A model generated the notes under the pieces. It did no database searches, was not told where the DNA came from, and was given only the letters and a program-made list of their open reading frames with translations. Shown piece after piece: positions 51,170 to 62,509 of a stretch of DNA of 64,000 nucleotides. This DNA is from Eledone cirrhosa (lineage: Eukaryota), in contig OZ024740.1 in assembly GCA_964016885.1 (NCBI GenBank), forward strand, positions 353,524,001-353,588,000, read 5' to 3'. Positions within the stretch are counted from its first letter, which is position 1. Every line of letters starts with the position of its first letter. The translations under genes were made by a program, and so were the position numbers.

Positions 51170-52142
51170 TATATCCTTCAACAGAGGAAAAAGGTTGGCA
51201 ACCATCTTGCCCAGGTTTATGAGCATGAAAAAAAAAATATCATTAGAATAGCCACTGATCTGGAGGAGAGATATGGAATAAAGCCTGATATAAATCTCTC
51301 ACCCAGAGAAATCGGAAGATCCTATTCAATGTTCAAACAAAATGAAAAAAATTGACCAATTTACAGAAAAAGTTGTGCATGGATACTCGAGACGTAAAAC
51401 ACAGACCATAGAGGGGATAAACTACTCAAAAAGCCTGGCATGGAGTTCCGACAAGTTTATGACATCACACCTTGAGGGATATCTCTATGTAATACAGGAA
51501 CAAGAACTCCCTACCAAATATCTGCTGCACAAAAGGGGAGTCCCATCAGCTGACAATAAATGTAGGCTATGTAAAACAAAGATCGAGGATGTAAGCCACA
51601 TTGTTGCCAGCTGCGAAAGAATGTCATCTCGCTACTACCTCCCCATGAGACACGATGGGATAGCTAGAACCATCTGGAACGCACTTCGGAAAACAAAATT
51701 AACAACAAACGAGGAAGAAAAAATTTGGAGACAGAGGCACTAAGGAATACTGGTGGAACCTGAAAATAAAAACTGCCACCAAATTAAAGCACAACCGGCC
51801 TGATATTGTTGTTTGGGACCACACATTGAAAACGTGTTCTGTTGTGGAGATCAGCTGCCCACTTGATGTAAACGTTGTCAGAAAAATACAGGAGAAGGAG
51901 GACATCTACGGAGCATTGATGAGGAGTTTACAAATCCAGTTTGGACCAAAGTATGACTGAACTTGGATTTGCGGACAAAGAGCGCAGCTCCCTAATTCAT
52001 AGTCTACAAATGGCTGCGATAGCTGGCACCTTCAAAATTTGAAAAACATTCTTGCGATTCAAGGCATGACAATTTCTTTTCTTTTACAACCTTGCCACCA
52101 GGAAGGAGGCCGGTCAAAAAAATATACTCGAAATTAAGAGAG
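51170..52142 (+). mobile_element. 3' part of a related RLE (R4-like) element
   Basis: CRLCKTKIEDVSHIVASC, RHD, RPDIVVWD and VEISCP motifs; 3' UTR shared with 36998-37080. Confidence 0.85.
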
Positions 52143-52461
52143 ATATATATATATATACATACATACATACATACATACATGCACACACACATACATGCAT
52201 GCATACATACATGCATGCATACATACATGCATGCATACATACCTACATACACACACATATACGTATGTATGTATGTATGTATGTATGTATGTATGTATGT
52301 ATGTATGTATGTATGTATGTATGTATGTATGTATGTATGCATACATACATACATACATGGATACATACATACATATATGCATGTATGCATACATACATGC
52401 ATACATACACACACACACATACACATATGTATATATATATAGATAAGTGTATATAGATACA

Positions 52462-54994
52462 TAACGGTCGTTACATCGATGACTGTATCGGAGCCACGAC
52501 CCTCACCCGAGAACAGCTCGACTCCTTTCTCTCCTTCTTCTGCTCCTTCCACTCCTCCCTCCACTTCACCACCTCTATCTCCACCACCCACGTCCACTTC
52601 TTAGATATCTCCGTCGCCATCGACCCCTCCCACCACTCCCTCGTCACCTCCGCCTTCTTCAAACACACTGATTCTCACTCCTACCTCGACTTCACCTCCT
52701 CCCACCCTGATGCTGACTTTGACTCCCAGGCCCTTTCCCTAGTCAGCCATTTCATCCGCAGAGGTTATCCCCCCTCCCCCGTCCACACCGCCCTCACTCG
52801 CGTCCGTGCTGTCCACCGCTCCACCGCCCTCCCCCACGCCACCCCTCCCCCCCTCCCCCTCCACTGCACCATCCTCAGCCTCATCCGACGCCTCCAGTCC
52901 GACCCCTCCACCTCCCACATCTTCCTATCCCCACCACTCCCCTCCTTCAAACGCGCACGCAATCTCCGCACCCTCCGCGTCCGCAGCTCCCTACCCCAAC
53001 CCACGCTTTCTTTCCCCCCCGCTTCCCTTCCCTGTTCCAGGCCTCGTTGCAACAGCTGCCCCACATCACCAACACCACCACCTTCCAGTGTCCCAACGGC
53101 CACTCTCTCTCCGGCATGCCTTCCGCTGCACTTCCTCCAACCCAGTCTATGGACTTCGCTGCACGGAGTGCAGCGCAACCTACGTCGGACAGACTGGACG
53201 TCGCCTGGCGGACCGGTTTACCGAACACCTCCGGGATATTGGTCTCGGCGGGAGTTCCTCCATCGCCCGCCACTTTGGCTCCCCTGGACACTCCGCGCAC
53301 CACCTCACAGTCTGTGGCCTACTCCAATGCCACGGAACACCCGCCACTCGCCTCAGGGTCGAACAACGCACCATCTTCACCCTACAGACCCACACTCCCT
53401 CCGGCCTGACTCCCCACCCCTATAGCCTTCGACCGCCCTGTTTCCACTCACCCCACATATCCCCCACTAACACACTCCTCCTTTTCACCGCCCACCCCCT
53501 TGGCCCACCCCACAACTAACAATACTAACAGCCCCACCCCACCCACGACCACCCTCCCCCAACTAACAATACTAACATCCGCACCCCTCCCCCTATCACA
53601 CATACACCCACCGGTACATATATAGACGCACTCACACTATCCACACACCCTACTACCACCACTAACCCTCACCCACACATCCACTCCAACCACCACACAA
53701 CTAATACCACTAACATCCCCCCGACCCCACGCACACGAACACACCCACCCACCCACACCCATTTACTCCACCCACTCTACACACCCTACAACCACTCACC
53801 CCACTAACACACCCACATTCAACCCTTTCTCCACCACCAGTATACTAACACCCACTAAAACCCCCTTCACCACACACACTCATCCAAACACGCACACACA
53901 CACCAGTACACTACACTCCCTCCACCGGCCCCCACACCTTTTCTCTCCCTCTCCCCGTTCCACCCACACCCATTCACACACACACACACATCCCACTAAC
54001 ACCTCTACTAATACACACCCCATCCCCCCGCATGACCCCCTCCTCACTCCACCTTTCACCCTACCCATCCTCTCCCCCTGTCCACCGCACCGCCGCACAC
54101 ACTGACACACAGACTTTCTCCACCTGCCATTCCCCTCTACTGCTGCTATGCCTTCTCCTGCCTTGACCCTCTGACCACTTCCTGTTGCGCGCGCACCTCA
54201 CATCTCCCTTCTTCCAACTACCACAACCATTGGCCATCGTTCCCACTATCCACTCCATAACATGGAAAATATTCGGCAACCCTTCACACCCTCTACGGAA
54301 CTACCTTAGGAACTTACCCACGGACATTCGCTCACAAAATCTTTTTTCGAACCACGCCACCTACATCCACAAAACTTATAAACACCAACACACACGTGCG
54401 TACCCCCACACATACACACACTCAACCTCCGGAATCCTCTCCCCCCACCCCTCTGACCCCTCCCCATCCACACGCACACACATTCCGCCCTACACCCCAC
54501 CCCACACACACACCTTTTCCTGAACATGGAACCTCGTTCTTCCCCCAACTCTCACATTCACATATACACACACACACGTACACCTACACACACACACCAC
54601 CTTCAGCCCTCCCCGCTCGGACACCCCGCCTCCCTCTCCCCACTCCACCACCACCCCTACACGCCCCATACCCTTCCACCACTTGTTTATCTTCATGTTT
54701 ATTTTAATTTTATTTTTTTAATTTTTTTATATTTATTTTTATTTGTACCCCTTCCACCGTTTTTCCTCCCTTTCCTCCCCCTTTTTTCTAAATGTCTCTC
54801 CTCCACTCCCCCACACACCCTCGGAACTCTCTTCCCATCCACTTTTCGCCTGAAGAAGGGCTTATGCCCGAAACGTCGTTCCCCACCCCCACTCTCAAGA
54901 GCGTGAAACTAATAAACCTTTGTCTGTACTGCCTCTCTGTTTTGTTCCCGTTCCATTTTTCACTACATATATCTATATATCCCTCTCTCTCTCC
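52462..54994 (+). mobile_element. C-rich Penelope-like element (RT C-terminus + GIY-YIG endonuclease + long 3' UTR/pLTR)
   Basis: RYIDD at about 52469-52483; HFLDISV and FKHTDSHSYLDFTSSHP; CTSSNPVYGLRCTECSATYVGQTGRRLADRFTEH (GIY-YIG); hammerhead near the 3' end. Confidence 0.9.
54847..54880 (+). ncRNA. Minimal type I hammerhead in the PLE pLTR
   Basis: cgc-CTGAAGA-A-GGGC ttat GCCC-GAAA-CG-TC-gtt; palindromic ACGT stem III, typical of dimeric PLE hammerheads. Confidence 0.8.
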
Positions 54995-55015
54995 CTATAT
55001 ATATATATATATAGT

Positions 55016-56157
55016 ACGTGAGGTATATGATTTTTAATGCAATGAAATATCTATGATCGTCGGCAAATCACTGATGAGGGACTCATTTTATTACATGTTA
55101 TCCATGTGCTACCTGCAGTATTTTTCTCTATATTTTATTACATATATTTACCCAAACTGCGATTCTGTGTTTTTTTCTCTCTCTCTCTTACTGCTCCCCC
55201 ATTCTCTCTGTTTCTCCTACCTTCTTTCGCCCCCTCTGTCATGTCAGTTAACTCTTCCTCACACTTTCACTTATTCACTGTTTCTCCTCTCTTCATTTCA
55301 TCCTGTACACCACGAAGGCTATTTTTCTCTCTTCTCACATGGCCATCGTTCGTGTCAGGTCTTTTTTCTAAAGCGCTCATATATTCACCTAGCTTATGCT
55401 AAACAGAATAATTTTGAAGCTTGTTTCTTTCCCCTACGGTTAGCTATACTCTTTGTTGTTCTCCTGTCTCACTCGCTTTACGCGTTTCAATTGTCCTAAT
55501 AACTTATTTTGGTTATTATTGCACCGACGTGAGGTATATGATTTTTAATGCAATGAAATATCTATGATCGTCGGCAAATCACTGATGAGGGACTCATTTT
55601 ATTACATGTTATCCATGTGCTACCTGCAGTATTTTTCCCTATATTTTATTACATATATTTACCCAAACTGCGATTCTGTGTTTTTTTCTCTCTCTCTCTT
55701 ACTGCTCCCCCATTCTCTCTGTTTCTCCTACCTTCTTTCGCCCCCTCTGTCATGTCAGTTAACTCTTCCTCACACTTTCACTTATTCATTGTTTCTCCTC
55801 TCTTCATTTCATCCTGTACACCACGAAGGCTATTTTTCTCTCTTCTCACATGGCCATCGTTCGTGTCAGGTCTTTTTTCTAAAGCGCTCATATATTCACC
55901 TAGCTTATGCTAAACAGAATAATTTTGAAGCTTGTTTCTTTCCCCTACGGTTAGCTATACTCTTTGTTGTTCTCCTGTCTCACTCGCTTTACGCGTTTCA
56001 ATTGTCCTAATAACTTATTTTGGTTATTATTGCACCGACGTGAGGTATATGATTTTTAATGCAATGAAATATCTATGATCGTCGGCAAATCACTGATGAG
56101 GGACTCATTTTATTACATGTTATCCATGTGCTACCTGCAGTATTTTTCTCTATATTT

Positions 56158-56162
<5 letters not shown>
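55016..56162 (+). repeat. Tandem repeat, 511-bp unit x ~2.2 (family F4); diverged solo fragment at ~32550-32825
   Basis: Units start at 55016, 55527 and 56038 and are almost identical; flanked by (TA)n; each unit has CTGATGA (55071, 55582, 56093). Confidence 0.95.
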
Positions 56163-56225
<63 letters not shown>

Positions 56226-56228
<3 letters not shown>

Positions 56229-56370
56229 TAGTTCCGTAGAGGGTGTGAAGGGTTGCCGAATATTTTCCATGTTATGGAGTGGATAGTGGGAACGATGGCC
56301 AATGGTTGTGGTAGTTGGAAGAAGGGAGAGAGAGAGGGATATATAGATATATGTAGTGAAAAAAAAAAAT
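56226..56370 (-). mobile_element. Inverted junction fragment of the C-rich PLE 3' region
   Basis: The reverse strand joins ~54955-54996 to ~54203-54305 through a shared TCTCCCT. Confidence 0.85.
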
Positions 56371-56400
56371 ATATATATATCATACATATATATATACATA

Positions 56401-56484
<84 letters not shown>

Positions 56485-56486
<2 letters not shown>

Positions 56487-57133
56487 ATTCGGGCTGTTTG
56501 TTTACAAACAAACCGAACATTATAATAATATTTACAAACAAACCGAATATTATAATATAATAGTAAACCCATACGTACATATATATATGTGTGCATGTAT
56601 GTATGTATATACATACTACTGTACGTCTGTATATATGTATATGTATGTACGCATTCATACTTATATTTAAGTATCAGCCGTACTAAGAGTGAGAAATGAA
56701 ATTTCATTTTTTCCATTTATCGTTTTCGGTACGCCCGGCCGACTAACTCACTCGATATGCAAATTAGGCTGCTCAGCCGTTAATATGCATAAGGAAAGTA
56801 TATACTTTCAAACGTTCAATCGACTGACAGGAAGGTATACGGTACTGATGACAGCTAATAAGCTAGAAACTAGCTCATCGTTCCTTTGTCAGTGTTGAAC
56901 AAAAGGGCAACGATGGTTGCCGAACACTGTACGGCTTAATTCGGGCAGTTTGTTTACAAACCGAACATTATAATGAATGTTCTGTAAACCCATACGTACA
57001 TATATATATATGTGTGCATGTATGTATGTATATACATACTACTGTACGTCTGTATACATATATGTATGTCCGTATACATACTTATATTTAAGTATCAGCC
57101 GTACTAAGAGTGAGAAATGAAATTTCATTTTTT

Positions 57134-57137
<4 letters not shown>
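56485..57137 (+). repeat. Partial tandem non-coding element F5 (unit ~450 bp) in (TA)n
   Basis: 56485-56716 is repeated at 56937-57137. Confidence 0.85.
56823..56893 (+). ncRNA. Type I hammerhead ribozyme (F5) with an extended stem I
   Basis: ACTGACA GGAA..CGGTa-CTGATGA-cAGCT aata AGCTa-GAAA-CTAGc-TC-ATCG TTCC tt TGTCAGT. Confidence 0.7.
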
Positions 57138-57190
<53 letters not shown>

Positions 57191-57229
57191 ATATTAATAA
57201 ATGGAAACTATATTTATAAAACCATAATT

Positions 57230-57293
57230 ATTTTATTATATATATTTCAAGGGCGACCAAGGTATATTATGGTCCGCTTTCATCAGATAAAAT
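57230..57293 (-). ncRNA. Type I hammerhead ribozyme (F1), left arm
   Basis: ATTTTAT-CTGATGA-AAG cg GACCA..TGGTC gcc CTT-GAAA-TATATA-TA-ATAAAAT. Confidence 0.85.
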
Positions 57294-57470
57294 ACAGGTT
57301 TGTTTTATAAATAAATATTGACATACCCGGAAAAAAGACAACCTCAACGGTTGAAATTCGCTGGATAGTGAAATTACAAGTACAATCCATTAATTTAATC
57401 CAGCGAATTTCAACCGTTGAGGTTGTCTTTTTTCCGGGCATGTCAATATTTATTTATAAAATAAATCTGT

Positions 57471-57534
57471 ATTTTATCTGATGAAAGCGCACCATAATTT
57501 ACCTTGGTCGCCCTTGAAATATATATAATAAAAT
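57471..57534 (+). ncRNA. Type I hammerhead ribozyme (F1), right arm
   Basis: Perfect 7-bp stem I (ATTTTAT/ATAAAAT), CTGATGA and GAAA cores, palindromic ATATATAT stem III, AUA site. Confidence 0.85.
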
Positions 57535-57666
57535 AATTATGGTTTTATAAATATAGTTTCCATTTATTAATATATTGTATATTTACTCCACTAATTTGTT
57601 GAGTGCTTTATATCAGTTATAAAAATGTTTAAGCTTGTTGAATCCCAGCAAATTAAATATAACCTC

Positions 57667-57753
<87 letters not shown>

Positions 57754-57886
57754 TACATATATATATATACATATCTATCTATGAATATGAATATATATAT
57801 ATATGTATACACACACACACACACGCATATATATATATATATATATATATATAAATGAAAGGTATAGAAAATATTGTAGGAAAAAG

Positions 57887-57922
<36 letters not shown>

Positions 57923-57979
57923 TAGATAAATATGTATTTATATATGTATGATATATCTATGTTTGTATATATACAGAAT

Positions 57980-60205
57980 AGAGGTAACCGAGACTGCGTA
58001 AGTATTTACACAACTTTACACAATGAGTATGTAGACATGCTAAAGAGTTAGTTCTGAAACAGACACAAAAGAAGATCAAGGAATTATGGTGGTAAAGGAG
58101 AATTGAAGGGGACTCAAAATACTTAGAAAAGATATTGATATTCTGGAAAGGGAAAAATGAGGTGAATTAAGAAAAGGGGAAAGATTGAACAACTTACAGG
58201 GAAGCACAATATGAGAAGAAAGAAGATTGCTATGGTAACCGAGGAGCTGAAATTAAAGGTACTTTCCAAAGCTGTAAATATTAAGAGGCATGGACAACGG
58301 ACCACACAGTATAAACATGGTGCACCTTTCCAACAAAATCAGAAGAGTTTTATCAGGAGGTAAATGGCATGGCTAGGAATGATGATGTAATCCCTGATGT
58401 GGATGAAAATAAGAAGTTTTGGAGTGATATCTAAAGAGTAAGAAAAGAGTACAACAGAAGTGTGGAGTGGCTGATTGACATAAAAAATGACATTGAGGAT
58501 AACAAACAGGGAGAAGTGGACATAACAACTGATATGGTGAGGGCTCTTCATGGGAGAATTGCTGAGCAACTAAATAAAATCTTGAATTGAGAAGAGAGGT
58601 TGCCAGGATGGCTAACCTTTGGGAGGACGATCTTGTGTTTGAAGAACCCCAGCAAAGAAATGCAGTTGACAACTTTAGACCTATATCTTGCCTCCCCTTT
58701 ATGTAGAAGCTTACGACAGGTGTCATTGCTGGTGCAATATTTGAATACCTGGAGGAGACACTACCTGTAGAGCAGAAGGTACGTAGGAGAAAAAGCAGGG
58801 GGACTAAGGATTAATCGTTGATTGATAAGGCGATCTTTAAAGATTGTAAAAAGAGACACACAAATCTTGCTATGGCCTGGATCGATTACCGCAAGGCTTA
58901 CGGTATGGTGCCACGTAGTTGGATAGTAGAATGTTTGAAAATGTTTGGTATTGCAGCAAACGTTAGACAGTTTTTAGTGAGCAGTGTAGAAGACTGAGCT
59001 GACATCATCTAGACAGACATTGGGAGTTGTGAATATCAAGAGAGGAATATTTCAGGCAGACAGTTTTTCGTCTTTGCTGTTTGTATTGTGCATGGTTCCA
59101 CTTTGATTAGTGTTGAGATGGTTAAAGGCAGGTTACGACTGAGGAAGATGTGAGTTTAAGATAAACTACCTGCTGTTAATGGATGACCTAAAATGTTATG
59201 GGAAATCATATGAATATATTAATTCCTTTGTACAAACAGTTCATATATTCAGCACGGACATAGGAATGGAATTTGGCATACAAAGTGTGGGGTGCTACTA
59301 CTGAATTGAGGTAGAATTGGTGAGATGGAAGGAATTGTATTACCAGACGGACAAGTTATGAAGGAAATTGACGATAATCGATATAGGTACTTAGGTATCC
59401 TGGAAATAGACCAAATGAAAGAGCTGTTACCAAAGGAATATAAACTGAGACTGAAGTTGGTAGGACTAAGATACTTGCCGTCAACACATGAGTGTGTAAG
59501 AGTGTAGATGTGATGAACTTAAGGAGCTTGATAGAATGACCAGGAAAATGACACTACAAGGGGTTCTACACCCCCAAAGTGACATGGACATGTTATATCT
59601 ATCACAACAGAGAGGAGGAGGAGGAGGAGGTTTCATTTGCTGTGAAATGTGCGTGAAATCTGATGAAAACAATCTGGCATGGTATGTAAAGAATTCAAAT
59701 GAGAGATTGATGGCAGGGTTAAGAAAGATAAAGGTACTAAGCAGTGATGAAGAAAAAGAAAAGAGAGAATTTAAACAAGACCGACTGAATGACACATTGA
59801 ATAGATGACTAGAAAAAGAAATGTATGGTGAATTCATACATGAAAAGCATGTGACAGTTGACGAAGATAAGAACTAGGAATGGACAAGGAAAATCGACTT
59901 AAATGTTGAAACTGAGGCCCTTATTTTCGCAGCCCAGGAACAGGCACTGAGAACGAACTATATCAAATTCAATATTGAAAAGTCAGTTAATTCCCCACTT
60001 TATAGGTTGTGTGGTGAGAAAGGTGAAACAATAAACCTCATTATTAGTGAATGTAAGATACTGAGGAGTAGAAGAGAAGGCAGGACGACATTGCTAGATT
60101 GATTCACTGGAAGCTCTGTTATAAGTATGACATGAGTAGACGTGAGAAATGGTATAAACATCAGCCGGAAAGGAATGCTGTAAACAAACAATATAAAATC
60201 GTGGC
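57980..60205 (+). mobile_element. Heavily decayed R4/Dong-like LINE
   Basis: [48 protein letters not shown] and RLCGEKGET..LIISEC segments, with many stops and frameshifts. Confidence 0.85.
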
Positions 60206-61055
60206 TAGAACCCCCCTCTCTTCTCACTCTTTCTCACACATACCTATATATATAATTAGTTACAACGTTGACATGTACAGGTACTTAAGTTTCGTTGGGT
60301 TGTTTACCTCAACTCATTCAGCCTATCATAAAATTAAAAATGGCTTCCCACCTTGGAGATTTTAGAAAGTATATATCTATATATAGATAAATGGCTTAAA
60401 TAATGTAAGTGAAATGGGAGATAACTATTAAAAAAAAACTTGTGTTTCAGAGGGAGCCCAAGGGTTAAGTTGAAATGTTGAAGAAAATAAATTCAATTAA
60501 TCCGGTCTAGATCATTTTCATGAAGCCGTTGTGTGGTTCGCATCATCGTTCGCGCCCAACGTGAAGACTAATGTAGGTAGCAAATTCTTAGTCCTCTTAG
60601 AAACGTATGTCAGATTGAAAGAAATATAAACGCTAATAAAAATTGATATCAAATTAATTACACATATTACTTTAGGTATTCCATAGAAGATTGCAACGAA
60701 AGGACATTTCACAATTACGAATAAATAAATCATTGAAATATATCATATTGAATTGAAATTTAAAAATAAAAATGACCAAGAAATAGAATTACGCTGTCAT
60801 TCTCCCTGCAGCTCTACGCTGTGTGCAATATTATCGGATTATTTTTAACTTTTCATCTTTGAGTAGCTTAATCTGAACGATGAAGTTAGATATTATCAAC
60901 GAAACAATGGTTAAATAGATTAATGAATTAAATCTAATTGCCAGCATGATGAGAAATATTCCTCCTTCCTCCCGCCTCTCTCTTTATACATCTGTATAGT
61001 AACAAACATAAACACCCACAAACACATAGAGACACACACGTGAATGGATATAAGC

Positions 61056-61171
<116 letters not shown>

Positions 61172-61237
61172 CATAAATATATACATACATGTGGTTACTT
61201 GATATTTATTACAAACACTATGCTGTGATTTAGATAA

Positions 61238-61376
61238 AAATGTTTATTTGGCTGCCTAGTTCAGATATTTCTGAGTCTGGCCGCAAATCTTCAGCTTGTA
61301 TTGACACGATTTATAATCAAAATAGTGTCAATATAAGCTTGGCTCAGAAATATCTGAACTAGGCAGCCAAATAAAC

Positions 61377-61381
<5 letters not shown>
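61238..61381. repeat. Short nested fold-back element next to (TA)n
   Basis: Outer arms at about 61238-61278 / 61343-61381 and inner arms agcttgtattgacac / gtgtcaatataagct. Confidence 0.8.
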
Positions 61382-61427
<46 letters not shown>

Positions 61428-61431
<4 letters not shown>

Positions 61432-61964
61432 AAAATGGTTTAATTAGGAATAAAAGAGTATTAGTGATTGTATGGGTTAGTATTCAGTTGTGATTTTAAG
61501 TTTTTAAGTTTTTACCGGTTGCGCATTTCTAAATGCTTTTCAAAAATAATTTTGAGATATAGTGTCCGTGCTGTTTGCTCTGATCTGATTAGTTTTGGGA
61601 ATTCTACCTGTTTTTATGTTAAAAAAGTGGCTCCAGCGTTACTTTGGTGTTGCAAAAATTCTTGTGGTCAAAACAATTTTGATTGGTCGGTAGAGGTCAT
61701 GTGAATGTAAAAAATTGATTTTGCGCCAAGACTGTTTTTATGTTAAAAAAGTGGCTCCAGCGCTACTTGGTGTTTGCAAAAATTATTGTGGTCAAAACAA
61801 TTTTGATTGGTCGGTAGAGGTCATGTGAATAAAAAATTGGTTTTGCGCCAAGATTGAGAAATGACTCTTTCACAACAAATGTGTGTGTGTGTGTGTAGTA
61901 GTAGTAAGGTGTTCGATGTTGTGATAATGGTTAGCAGGGATGTGTGTCAAATGGCTATTAAGAT

Positions 61965-62059
<95 letters not shown>

Positions 62060-62174
62060 GCAGAGTAATTCGTGGTAGCAGGGATGGTCAGTAAGAATGT
62101 GTCTGAAAGCAATGGGTATTTTAGCATGTCAAAAGATATTTTTCAGCTTTTGTCTTATACGGAGAAGTGCGCGC

Positions 62175-62265
<91 letters not shown>

Positions 62266-62413
62266 GGTGGACCAGTATTTTTTTCCCCCTGGTAAAATGG
62301 TGTACATTATTCGATTTTTTCAGTAAAATCGGTTCTCTTAATAGAACATCAAAAATCTTAACAATAAAAGGTGTGAAATGATATTCACTATATATATATA
62401 CACATACATATAT

Positions 62414-62509
<96 letters not shown>

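Larger units (their letters stand above)
57184..57670. repeat. Fold-back element F1, copy C (183-bp arms at 57184-57366 and 57398-57580)
   Basis: Near-perfect inverted repeat with a 31-nt spacer; flanked by (TA)n. Confidence 0.92.

Noticed and set aside
55053-56010. Duplicated 148-aa and 98-aa hydrophobic ORFs in the 511-bp repeat
   Set aside because: Low-complexity F/L/S content from a pyrimidine-rich strand, no recognisable domain, and identity explained by the tandem duplication. Cannot be fully excluded without expression data.
57184-57580. Fold-back repeats as sequencing or assembly chimeras
   Set aside because: The arms carry several substitutions, and the inversions are confined to specific element families with distinct breakpoints. 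A read-level check is still advisable.
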